A stretch of DNA of 64,000 nucleotides from Alphaproteobacteria bacterium (GTDB taxonomy: Bacteria > Pseudomonadota > Alphaproteobacteria > MPNO01 > UBA2964), in NCBI GenBank assembly GCA_012103315.1, contig WLWZ01000011.1:11869-75868 (forward strand). Direction: 5' to 3'. Shown here piece after piece: positions 47,966-57,106 of this stretch. The notes below the pieces were generated by a model that was not told where the DNA came from, did not search any database, and was given only the letters and a program-made list of their open reading frames with translations. Position numbers and translations under genes: made by a program. Each line of letters begins with the position of its first letter. Position 1 is the first letter of the stretch.

Positions 47966-48985
47966 TCAATTCTTATCATTTGATCCAGTCTGCATATTCT
48001 GTGATTCGGCGGAATGACGCTTACGGAGCAACGCTTTTCCTTCAGCATGCTGCCAAAATACCAGGCCGGGAACATCAATTAAGAATTCCCGTATTCGGAT
48101 CGCCAACGAAACAGCGATGGCAACATCGGGCGTCATGCCGACCAGCGCGCCGAGTACGACGAAGGCGCCTTCTTGGACGCCATAGCTGTTGGGCACGATA
48201 AAGGCGGCATCGCTAAGCGTTGAACTCAGACTTTTGAGCATTAGGGCTTCGAGAACGCCAATTGGAAATCCGAGCAACCAAGCGGCTAGCCAAACTTCTC
48301 CGGTTTGTAAAATGAGAGCGCCAAATCGCCACGCAGTAGCGGCGATCAGGGTACGTCGTTCGCGGTAGACCTGAAGAACAATGTCGTCGATCTGATCTGC
48401 CGTATCGATCAAGTCGTTGAGGAATTCCGCTTTTGTCACCTTGTGGGCAGACTTAACGGCGATTCCAAAGATTCCTGCCTTTTGAACTACTAGAAATCCT
48501 GCGACGCCAGCACCAAGGAGAGCCAGCCCAACGGCACCTGCAGCGACCAATTCATTATCCAAAGCCATCATGGAGAGTAGGATCACACCAAGAACGCCCC
48601 AAAAGATGAGGGTAATAACCTGTACAGTTTTGTCGACGATGGTCGACGCACTGGCGTGACGGGCATCAGTTCCCCAAAGCGTCAAAACCCGCGCCTTTAC
48701 GACCTCCCCACCGATGGAGGCGACGGGAAGCAAAGTATTGACGGCACGGCCCATCCATTGAGCGTAGAATGCTTTCCCGAAACTGGGCCGGTGTTCCATT
48801 AGGAATAGTAACTGCCAGCAGCGGGCATTCATCAATACTGTTGGAAACCAGATCGCGGGTACCAGAAGAAGGGCCCAACCTGACGCGGCGAGAAGACCCC
48901 AAATATCGCCTAACCCTTGCCAGGCAATTAAGCCTGTCAGGATTACGAGGCCGATAACCAAGCCAATGTATGACGCGATTTTCAT
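47966..48985 (-). CDS. hpnL: HpnL-like membrane protein (lysylphosphatidylglycerol synthase TM / flippase-like)
   Basis: VNTLLPVASIGGEVVKAR, AFIVP..GVQEG and SLAIRIRE; adjacent to hpnIJK. Confidence 0.78.
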   Translation of the reverse strand: MKIASYIGLVIGLVILTGLIAWQGLGDIWGLLAASGWALLLVPAIWFPTVLMNARCWQLLFLMEHRPSFGKAFYAQWMGRAVNTLLPVASIGGEVVKARVLTLWGTDARHASASTIVDKTVQVITLIFWGVLGVILLSMMALDNELVAAGAVGLALLGAGVAGFLVVQKAGIFGIAVKSAHKVTKAEFLNDLIDTADQIDDIVLQVYRERRTLIAATAWRFGALILQTGEVWLAAWLLGFPIGVLEALMLKSLSSTLSDAAFIVPNSYGVQEGAFVVLGALVGMTPDVAIAVSLAIRIREFLIDVPGLVFWQHAEGKALLRKRHSAESQNMQTGSNDKN

Positions 48986-49143
48986 AAGACGCTTTGTTGA
49001 TTTCTCCGACCTCGTGGTTGTAAGCGGAGAGGACAGCCTTGGCCAGAATCTTTGTAACGTTGAGAGACCTATGACCTTGCGTCGATTATGTAGCCCTATT
49101 AGACAGAGCTGGACTCAAAAGTAGTTCGGCGAATGTGACGCAT

Positions 49144-49851
49144 ATGACAAACTCAGAAATGCCCCAGGAGGACAGACCCGCCCTTACAAAACCGGAACAG
49201 TTATTTCCGTTGATTAGGCAGTTCTCGTATCGTTTGACCAAGCTACTGATTTTACTGCCATTGACACCTAACCATGTGACGGCTTTGTCAATGCTATCTG
49301 GTTTGGCGGCCTCTTGGTTTTTTGCTCAGGGAACCTATCAGGATGCCGTCATAGGAGGTGCACTGTTTGTACTTGGTTATACCTTTGACAATTGTGATGG
49401 GGAGATCGCACGCTTGAAGAACCTGTCGTCGGAATTTGGCGCTAAGTTCGATGATGTCGTTGATTGGCTGGTGGATAGTGTTTTTTTTACCGCGCTGGGC
49501 TTTGGCACGTGGGTTGCTACCGACAATATGATTTGGTTTTGGTGCGGGGTTGCTGCGACCGCAGGCGCAACGATCGACTATGTTGTTGACTTATTCTATT
49601 ACGCGAAGAAGAGCGCGGCAGAAGATGCCGAGAGCCGGGAAGAACAGGCGGTTGTCCAAAAGACGCCAGAAAACTTAATCGACTGGCTGATTTTGATTTT
49701 TCACAAATTCAGCCGTGCTGATTTCTGCTTTATCGTCTTTGCGCTCGCGATATTCGATATTCTCTGGCTTTTACTGCCTGCCGCAGCAATCGGCGCACAA
49801 GCGTACTGGATCACAGATTTGTTTAATCGCGCCCGAGGCTGGCGAATATAA
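49144..49851 (+). CDS. CDP-alcohol phosphatidyltransferase family protein
   Basis: TPNHVT and DNCDGEIARLK..SSEFGAKFDDVVD signature. Confidence 0.88.
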   Translation: MTNSEMPQEDRPALTKPEQLFPLIRQFSYRLTKLLILLPLTPNHVTALSMLSGLAASWFFAQGTYQDAVIGGALFVLGYTFDNCDGEIARLKNLSSEFGAKFDDVVDWLVDSVFFTALGFGTWVATDNMIWFWCGVAATAGATIDYVVDLFYYAKKSAAEDAESREEQAVVQKTPENLIDWLILIFHKFSRADFCFIVFALAIFDILWLLLPAAAIGAQAYWITDLFNRARGWRI

Positions 49852-49862
49852 AAGCGTTGCTT

Positions 49863-51344
49863 TTAGAGCTTCACGCAGACGTTGCTCATCTCGGTATAGA
49901 ATTCCATCGAATAGGTACCGCCTTCGCGGCCAATCTCTGATTGTTTTGAACCGCCAAAGGGTGTCCGTAAATCGCGCAAAAACCAGCTATTGATCCAGCA
50001 AATACCGACTTCCATCTGTGGCCCCACGCGATGGGCACGGGTAAGGTCTTCTGTCCAGATAGAGCAGGCGAGGCCATAAGGTGTATCGTTTGCCATTGAA
50101 ACGGCTTCTTCTTCCGTATCAAAAGGCGTTATATGGCAGCAGGGACCAAAGATTTCTTCCTGTACTACCGCAGAGTTTTCCGGAAGACCCGTCCAGATCG
50201 TCGGTTCGATCCACGCACCATCGCTCATACCATTCATTTCAGGCACACCACCGCCAGTAACGATAGTTGCGCCTTCTTCAGCGGCCTTATTGTAGTAGCC
50301 GAGGACTTTTTCCTGATGTTCTTTGCTGATGAGCGGGCCAAGCGACGTTGAATCGTCTTCGGGCGCACCGCAAACCAGCCCTTCTGCGCCCTCTTTAAGG
50401 CGGCTAACAAACTCGTCAAAGACCGGTCGTTCGACATAGACCCGCTCCGTACCGAGACAAACCTGGCCACAATTGGCAAATGCGGAGCGCATGGTGCCTT
50501 CGATTGCTTTATCGAGATCGCAATCGGCAAAGACAATAGCGGGGTTTTTACCACCGAGCTCAAAGGACACATCGCGCACGCCAATGGCCGCATTTTGGAG
50601 GATAGCCTCGCCAGTACGGGTTTCACCGGTGAAGGTAATGGCGTCAACATCGGGATGTTTGGTCAGAAATTCACCTGCGGAACCCGGTCCCATACCTTGC
50701 ACAACGTTGTAAACGCCGGGTGGGACGCCGACATCGTTCATGACTTCGCCCAGTAAAGCAGCGGTAGACGGGGTTTCTTCTGAAGGCTTAACGACAACGG
50801 TGTTGCCACAAGCGAGAGCAGGGCCGGCTTTCCATGTCATCAACAACAAAGGCAAGTTCCACGGGCAGATGATCCCGATTACCCCTTTGGGCTTGGTGAC
50901 CGTGTAGTTTAGCGCGCCAGTGCCGTCGGGCGTCGGCATCCGGAAGCACTCGTCATGATGGTTTTTCATCATGTCCGCAAAGACTTCAAAGTTCGCTGCG
51001 CCACGCGGAATGTCGAGGTGGGAAGCCAAACTCACCGGTTTACCAGTATCGGCAACCTCGGCATCTAGAAAGTCATCAAAACGTGCCTGAATGCCACCAA
51101 CGATGGCGGTCACCAGCTTTAGCCGTTCCGGTAGGGGCATTGTGCCCCAAGGACCCTTCAACGCCGCCTTGGCAGCCTTCACCGCATCATCGACATCTGC
51201 TTCGCTCGCTTCATGAACTATTGATAAAAGAGAGCCGTTTACAGGACTGATATTATTGAATTTCTTTCCAGAACCACCAGTACGATATTCACCATTGATG
51301 AAGTTCATTGCTTGGTGATTGTCAGACTTGTCAGGCGTGGCCAC
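49863..51344 (-). CDS. xylG: 2-hydroxymuconic semialdehyde dehydrogenase (XylG/DmpC family)
   Basis: HLDIPRGAANF, CPWNLPLLLMTWK, ELGGKNP, NCGQVCLGTER, EEIFGPCCHI and WFLRDLRTPFGG. Confidence 0.88.
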   Translation of the reverse strand: MATPDKSDNHQAMNFINGEYRTGGSGKKFNNISPVNGSLLSIVHEASEADVDDAVKAAKAALKGPWGTMPLPERLKLVTAIVGGIQARFDDFLDAEVADTGKPVSLASHLDIPRGAANFEVFADMMKNHHDECFRMPTPDGTGALNYTVTKPKGVIGIICPWNLPLLLMTWKAGPALACGNTVVVKPSEETPSTAALLGEVMNDVGVPPGVYNVVQGMGPGSAGEFLTKHPDVDAITFTGETRTGEAILQNAAIGVRDVSFELGGKNPAIVFADCDLDKAIEGTMRSAFANCGQVCLGTERVYVERPVFDEFVSRLKEGAEGLVCGAPEDDSTSLGPLISKEHQEKVLGYYNKAAEEGATIVTGGGVPEMNGMSDGAWIEPTIWTGLPENSAVVQEEIFGPCCHITPFDTEEEAVSMANDTPYGLACSIWTEDLTRAHRVGPQMEVGICWINSWFLRDLRTPFGGSKQSEIGREGGTYSMEFYTEMSNVCVKL

Positions 51345-51421
51345 TCTACGTCTCCATCATGAATTTATGTGTGCGCAACATGCGTCGATCGTGCCGTTAA
51401 ATCAACTAGCGGCAACGAGAT

Positions 51422-51604
51422 TTAAATTTTCTCGATATAGTAAGCGCCTTCATCGTCGCGCTTGAGAATATCGATCTCCCGCAGTTCGCCCCAGGCGCGC
51501 AGGAAATCTGGCCAGGGGACATCCATATGGTGGTCAACCACGTCGTGGAATTGTTTGGCTTCCGCTTCGAGGTTTGTTTTTAAAGTTGTTGCCAGCGGGC
51601 TCAT
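51422..51604 (-). CDS. Small hypothetical protein coupled to UbiD (60 aa)
   Basis: ATGA overlap with the UbiD stop; VPWPDFLRAWGELRE...RDDEGAYYI. Confidence 0.6.
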   Translation of the reverse strand: MSPLATTLKTNLEAEAKQFHDVVDHHMDVPWPDFLRAWGELREIDILKRDDEGAYYIEKI

Positions 51605-52953
51605 TCGAAATCCTCCAGCTTGATGCGGTCGCGGCCGTAATTCTTGATCCGGCGGTACAAAATCTTTGGCACACCTTCGGGGATTGTCGCATCAATCCCC
51701 AGTTTGGCCGTCGTGGGCAGGCCACCTTTGCCAAGAAGCCAAGATTTTACACTCGGATCGATGTGTTTGGCACGCGCCCCTTTGAGGATAACCGCGTCTT
51801 GATCAGCCTGAACCCGAAATGCAATGGCCCAATCCAGCTCATCCGGGTCGTGGATATCGATATCGTCATCCGTAACGATGACATATTTAACCTCCGCCAC
51901 TGACAGTAGCGCTGCGACGGCATTTTTACCCTCGCCGGGACGTTTTTTGATCGAAGCAATAAGCGACCAGTAGCCGCAACTACCCACAGGTGCTCGGATA
52001 TCGACAGGCTGAACACTGGCGATCCGCAAGGCCTGCAAACCTGCGGCTTCCGTGACCGGGGCGGCGAGCCAATCATTCTCCCATGGCATTTGCAGCATAT
52101 AAAAGATCGGGTTTTTCCGGTGCGTAATGCATTTAATCCGAAAAATTGGGTTCCATTTTACATCACCGGAAATCTGGCTGAACTCCCCAAAAGGCCCTTC
52201 ATCAGCTGTCCAGCCAATAGGGAGCAGCTCCCCTTCGAGAACGAGTTCTGCGTCAGCAGGGACACTAAGATCCAAGGTCTTGCATTTAACCATTTCAAGT
52301 GGTTCGCCGCGTAGACCGCCGGCTAGCGCTAATTCGCTGGTATCAATTGGTGCTTTATAGGACGCCGCCAGCATATCCAGCGGATGGACGCCAACCGCGA
52401 TCGCAATTGGCAGTGGTTCGCCCTTATCGAGGGCACGCTGATAGTAAAATCGCATATCCGACGGCGAAACCAGATCAATGCCGGTTTCCTTTGGCGTTCG
52501 ATACATCAGCCGGTAACAGCCAACATTGGGGCCATGCTCAGGGTCTTCGGAAACCGCAAATGTCCCGGAAATATAGGGGCCACCGTCAAATAGATGCATC
52601 AGGGGCAGGGGAATGGACGTCAAATCGACATCATCGCCTTCCATCACGACTTCCTGACAGGGAGCAGTATCGACTGTGATGGGATCAATCGGCCTCGCTG
52701 ATTTTGCCTCAAATTCAAAGGCGATACGGTTCTCGGTACAGCCCATGGCAACGGCGAGGCGTTTGCGCGTGGAGACCAAGGCTGTTGCAACGCGCCAGCC
52801 GGGGTAGCCCTCAATGTTTTCAAACATCGTGGCTTCGTCAGCCTGTTCGCCGAGCGCTGATAATTGGCGGCAATCAACCGGTTTGGTCACTCGTTTTAAC
52901 TCTCCCGCGGCATCGAGATCGTCCAGAAAACTCCGAAACCCTTTATCGGCCAT
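51601..52953 (-). CDS. UbiD-family prFMN-dependent decarboxylase
   Basis: DGGPYI, NVGCYR, EGPFGE, DDDIDI and KLGIDAT. Confidence 0.92.
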   Translation of the reverse strand: MADKGFRSFLDDLDAAGELKRVTKPVDCRQLSALGEQADEATMFENIEGYPGWRVATALVSTRKRLAVAMGCTENRIAFEFEAKSARPIDPITVDTAPCQEVVMEGDDVDLTSIPLPLMHLFDGGPYISGTFAVSEDPEHGPNVGCYRLMYRTPKETGIDLVSPSDMRFYYQRALDKGEPLPIAIAVGVHPLDMLAASYKAPIDTSELALAGGLRGEPLEMVKCKTLDLSVPADAELVLEGELLPIGWTADEGPFGEFSQISGDVKWNPIFRIKCITHRKNPIFYMLQMPWENDWLAAPVTEAAGLQALRIASVQPVDIRAPVGSCGYWSLIASIKKRPGEGKNAVAALLSVAEVKYVIVTDDDIDIHDPDELDWAIAFRVQADQDAVILKGARAKHIDPSVKSWLLGKGGLPTTAKLGIDATIPEGVPKILYRRIKNYGRDRIKLEDFE

Positions 52954-53067
52954 AATTTTTCCCTGCTGAGTTCAGCCATAAAACTATCGCAGGGCACTCA
53001 TTGGAGTCTAGCGGGCCGGCCTGAAAATCCCTATCTTGAGGGAACAGGTTAGCCGGAAAGGTGTGCA

Positions 53068-53718
53068 ATGTGGTTTTCATCGAACAAGTTGGAAGTTCCA
53101 AAAGCTGAAGATGCTCTGCCGGGGCGCGATACGCCGTTGCGGGTCTCTGAAAAGCACTTTGCCAATGGTAACCCCCTTAAACCACCGTTTCCCGATGGCA
53201 TGGAGCAGATTGTTTTTGCGCTTGGCTGTTTCTGGGGGGCGGAGCGTATCTTTTGGCAAACGCCAGGGGTTTACACGACGGCAGTTGGCTATATCGCCGG
53301 TCACACCAATAATCCGACCTATGATGAGGTTTGTTCCGGGCGCACGGGCCATACTGAAGCTGTACTCGTGGTTTACGATCCATCCGAAGTCAGCCTCGAC
53401 GCACTGCTTAAGCTTTTCTGGGAGGGCCATGACCCGACGCAGGGGATGCGGCAGGGCAACGACGTTGGTACGCAATATCGGTCAGGCATTTACACTTATT
53501 CAGAAGCTCAGAGAGAGACCGTGATCGCATCCTATGAACAGTTTGGTGAAGCATTGGCGGCCGCAGGACATAGCGGCATAACCTCCCAAGTCATCGAGGC
53601 GCCAGAGTTTTTCTACGCTGAGGATTATCATCAGCAATATCTCGCCAAGAACCCGGGCGGCTATTGCGGTTTGGGTGGGACGGGTGTGACTTGTCCGATG
53701 CCAGCCGCTGCGGAGTAA
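53068..53718 (+). CDS. msrA: Peptide methionine sulfoxide reductase A
   Basis: [26 protein letters not shown] and [16 protein letters not shown]. Confidence 0.97.
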   Translation: MWFSSNKLEVPKAEDALPGRDTPLRVSEKHFANGNPLKPPFPDGMEQIVFALGCFWGAERIFWQTPGVYTTAVGYIAGHTNNPTYDEVCSGRTGHTEAVLVVYDPSEVSLDALLKLFWEGHDPTQGMRQGNDVGTQYRSGIYTYSEAQRETVIASYEQFGEALAAAGHSGITSQVIEAPEFFYAEDYHQQYLAKNPGGYCGLGGTGVTCPMPAAAE

Positions 53719-53727
53719 AATTTTCGC

Positions 53728-54471
53728 TTAAGTCGCGACGGCCTGTAGGATCAGTTTGATCCACATGACGATGATCACGGCGATGATCAGCCGGTTAAAC
53801 CATTTGGCGCTTATATAGGGCGTTGTCCACATTCCGAACTGTGTAAACAGGACTGTTGGAATGACCGCCAGTAGCCCCTGATATATGCGTTCCTCGGTAT
53901 AAAGTCCGAGCCCACCGACCGCAAATACATGCGTACCTGAAATCGCCAGAAACATAAGCGAAGCTGCAAAGACGTAGGTTTTACTGTGCAGTCGGTAGGA
54001 GTGAATCCAGGTTGCGATCATCGGCCCAGCGATTCCGGTCGCCCCCTGACAGGCACCGCCAACAAAGGCGAGAATGGGCGCGCCACGTTTGGCGGCTTTG
54101 CCCTTGAGTTGGAAGTCAGGTTTAAAGGCGAGCACAACCAAATACAGCCCGAGCCAGATGATGATGAGCCAAAGCAGGGCGATGTCAGTGAGGGCGGCCA
54201 GCACAAAGGCGCCTGATGCCGTCCCGACAGCAGCACAAATAAGCGAGATATTGAGATGCGGGACATCGCTGGTCATTTTCCGGTAACGCCAGCAAATCCA
54301 GATATTACTGGCGGCAACCGGAATTGTCAGGACGACAATGGCGTGTTCCGCGCCGATAAAGGCAGCAAGTGTTGGCACCGCGATAGTCGGTAACCCAATA
54401 CCAACGGCACCTTTAAAGTATGACCCAACCGCGATGGCGGTCAGGACGATGGCCAGCTCTTCGAAACCCAT
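53728..54471 (-). CDS. TauE/SafE family sulfite exporter-like membrane protein
   Basis: KGAVGIG and GACQGATGIAGP repeats; about 8 TM helices. Confidence 0.8.
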   Translation of the reverse strand: MGFEELAIVLTAIAVGSYFKGAVGIGLPTIAVPTLAAFIGAEHAIVVLTIPVAASNIWICWRYRKMTSDVPHLNISLICAAVGTASGAFVLAALTDIALLWLIIIWLGLYLVVLAFKPDFQLKGKAAKRGAPILAFVGGACQGATGIAGPMIATWIHSYRLHSKTYVFAASLMFLAISGTHVFAVGGLGLYTEERIYQGLLAVIPTVLFTQFGMWTTPYISAKWFNRLIIAVIIVMWIKLILQAVAT

Positions 54472-54558
54472 TAATTTATACGTTGGTTGTTATGGTGGGG
54501 CGTCACAGTCCCGACGACATAGCCTGCTATGTCAGATCAAGCAACAGCGGCACCAATG

Positions 54559-55581
54559 CTATTTGGCGAAAATGATCGAACGGAGGCGGGCTTTGTGACC
54601 GGCACTGATAGTTTTGACTGCGTCACCGACGATTTTTTGAACCTTTAGCCCAGACGTCGGTAAAAGGCGGAGCCGTTGTTTGCGAATGTCGCCGATGAAC
54701 TGCTTGTCTTTAATCATCTTGTCAAAAGCGCTACGCAGAGCTTTGAGGGCCCCTTTTGGTGCTCTTGGCGGGAGCAAGAGGCTGTAGCCGATGGCGCCGG
54801 GCGTTGAAACCAGCTTTACCAGGCTGTGGTCTTGTTTGTTGGTTATTTCATGCAGCATTGGTAGTTTCTTGAGCAATGGATCGCGAAAATACCCAACCTG
54901 TACCAGTGGGATCGCGAAATTGCCGGTCTTCTTGAACCAGTGCGGAACGATGGTGTTCCAGGTCAGCCAGTCAAACGCTGCACCGACATGCGTTTTCTTC
55001 TCCATTTCGCTGATTGTCTTGCGAGCGGTCTTCAGCTCGGCGACCAGTTTGATTTCGGTTTTAACGATATATCGCATGAGCTTCGGGATGATGTAAGACA
55101 TCGATCCGCGATTGGTATAGCCGATGACCAGTTTTTTGCCGATAATATCCTTTGCGGTTTTCAGGTTGGTATCCTCGCGCAGCGCGAAAACCCGGTTTGC
55201 GGCACTAACTGATCCGATCCAGGAAAAATGGCTGGGATTATATTTTACTGCTTTGGGCCATAGCGCCCGTGACAGAACGAGTGTGTCGGGTGGCAAGAGA
55301 ATGTTCAGCCCATTTCTGGGCATGGCATTGTAGGCAAAGTTCGTCGCCTTTATGCCGCCGGCGCCAACGATAGATTGCACCGTTATCTTTGGCTTTCCGG
55401 GGATGAACCGATAAAGGTGTCGGGCGATTGTGCGTGAGTATTTCTCACTTGCGCTGCCAATCATCCCGGTATTAACCAGCTTGATTTGTGGAGATTTCCC
55501 TTTGGCAGCATTTGTGGTGCCTGCGGTCAGGCTAACCGCAATCAAAGCTGTCATCAGAAATGTTCTATTCAAAATGTTCAT
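54559..55581 (-). CDS. Divergent Bug/TctC-family substrate-binding protein
   Basis: Signal peptide, RHL..FIPGKP, GAGGIKATNF and YNP..FSWIGS; the N-terminal GGxxD loop is altered. Confidence 0.75.
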   Translation of the reverse strand: MNILNRTFLMTALIAVSLTAGTTNAAKGKSPQIKLVNTGMIGSASEKYSRTIARHLYRFIPGKPKITVQSIVGAGGIKATNFAYNAMPRNGLNILLPPDTLVLSRALWPKAVKYNPSHFSWIGSVSAANRVFALREDTNLKTAKDIIGKKLVIGYTNRGSMSYIIPKLMRYIVKTEIKLVAELKTARKTISEMEKKTHVGAAFDWLTWNTIVPHWFKKTGNFAIPLVQVGYFRDPLLKKLPMLHEITNKQDHSLVKLVSTPGAIGYSLLLPPRAPKGALKALRSAFDKMIKDKQFIGDIRKQRLRLLPTSGLKVQKIVGDAVKTISAGHKARLRSIIFAK

Positions 55582-55766
55582 CCGGTGCCGGCGTCGTTAG
55601 CAAGTGGGGATACCTTTGTATGGTATCATCTGCAAGCTAGCGGGTTCCATAATATCGTCGCAAGCGGCAAAAATGAGCCATTTTGCGTACCTTGTTAGAA
55701 TATGGGGGCGCTGATACCTTTTTTCACCAGAAAACTCTAAAACTCGTTAATGAGGGGTTTTATCGC

Positions 55767-57062
55767 GTGCCAGCCACATACGAACTCTTTACCGAAGAAG
55801 AAAATGAAATTCTGACCCGCACTGGGCCAGGCACCCCGATGGGTGATCTCCTTCGGCGTTATTGGCTACCGGCGGTGCGCTGCGACGAAATTCCCGACGC
55901 CGGCGGCGATCAGCTGCGTTTGAAGTTGATGGGTGAGGATTTGATCGTCTTTCGTGCCAGCGATGGCCGTGTCGGCGTGCTGGATCAGTTTTGTCCGCAT
56001 CGGCGATCCAACTTGTTTTTCGCCCGAAACGAAGAGTGCGGGTTGCGATGTTCCTATCACGGCTGGAAATTCGATCTGGATGGCAATGTTGTTGATATTC
56101 CGTCAGAGCCTGATTTTGAACAGTGGGATGATAAACCCCGGATTAAAGCCTACCCTGCGGTGGAAGCGGGTGGCATCGTTTGGACCTATATGGGGCCGCC
56201 TAGCAAACAACCGCCGCCACCGGAGTATGAATATTGTCTGGTGTCAGATGCGCACCGTTTTGCAACAAGGCGTTGGGAGGAATGCAACTGGTTGCAGGGG
56301 CTGGAAGGGGGCATCGATCCGGTCCATGTACCGTTTTTACATAAATATGAGCTAAGCACCGATCCGTTGCACAAAGACACTGCGGGAGCCGACATGACGT
56401 CGGCAACGGACATCCATTACGACAGCATCGACCAACCTTATGGCACCAACGTCATTGCCCGCCGCAAGGCAGATGAGGACAGCTATTACTGGCGGATCGG
56501 TCAGTGGGTGTTGCCCTGTTTCACCATAGCGCCGCCCTATGGTGATTTCGCGATGGGGTCTAATGCCTGGATACCGCGTGATGATGAAAGCTTTTGGCGT
56601 TGGATTATCAGCTGTCACCCGACCCGACCGCTCACCAATACGGAGCGTTCGGCGATGGAGGAGGGAAAGGGCACCCACGTCAAGCTGGACTCTGACCTCC
56701 GGGCATTGGCTAACCGCGATAATGACTATTTTATAGACCGTGAAGGTCAGCGCGCCGAAAAGACTTTCAACGGTGTTTACACGGTTGGCCTGCAAGACAA
56801 GGCGATGCAGGAGAGCCAGGGTAAGATTCACCAGCGCCAACACGAGTATCTCGTGAACAGTGATAAATCGATTATCATGATGCGCCGCCGTTTGCTGGAT
56901 GCTGTAGCCAAGAATGAACGCGGCGAAGATCCGCCAGGACTAACGCCGGAGGATCAACGCATTCGGGCAGCATCGCTCGTTGAATCAAAAGACGTATCGT
57001 ATGAGCAGCTGAGTAAAGACATCTTGCGGACGCGCGAAGGCGTTCCAGTCACCTCTATCTGA
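55767..57062 (+). CDS. Rieske oxygenase alpha subunit (phthalate 4,5-dioxygenase / LigX-like)
   Basis: LTRTGPGTPMG.LLRRYWLP, CPHR...CSYHGWKFD, EGGIDPVHVPFLH and QDKAMQESQG; GTG start after GAGGGG. Confidence 0.88.
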   Translation: MPATYELFTEEENEILTRTGPGTPMGDLLRRYWLPAVRCDEIPDAGGDQLRLKLMGEDLIVFRASDGRVGVLDQFCPHRRSNLFFARNEECGLRCSYHGWKFDLDGNVVDIPSEPDFEQWDDKPRIKAYPAVEAGGIVWTYMGPPSKQPPPPEYEYCLVSDAHRFATRRWEECNWLQGLEGGIDPVHVPFLHKYELSTDPLHKDTAGADMTSATDIHYDSIDQPYGTNVIARRKADEDSYYWRIGQWVLPCFTIAPPYGDFAMGSNAWIPRDDESFWRWIISCHPTRPLTNTERSAMEEGKGTHVKLDSDLRALANRDNDYFIDREGQRAEKTFNGVYTVGLQDKAMQESQGKIHQRQHEYLVNSDKSIIMMRRRLLDAVAKNERGEDPPGLTPEDQRIRAASLVESKDVSYEQLSKDILRTREGVPVTSI

Positions 57063-57106
57063 ATATCTCAATCTAAAACAAAAGACCTGCAGGAAGGCAA
57101 AGACCC

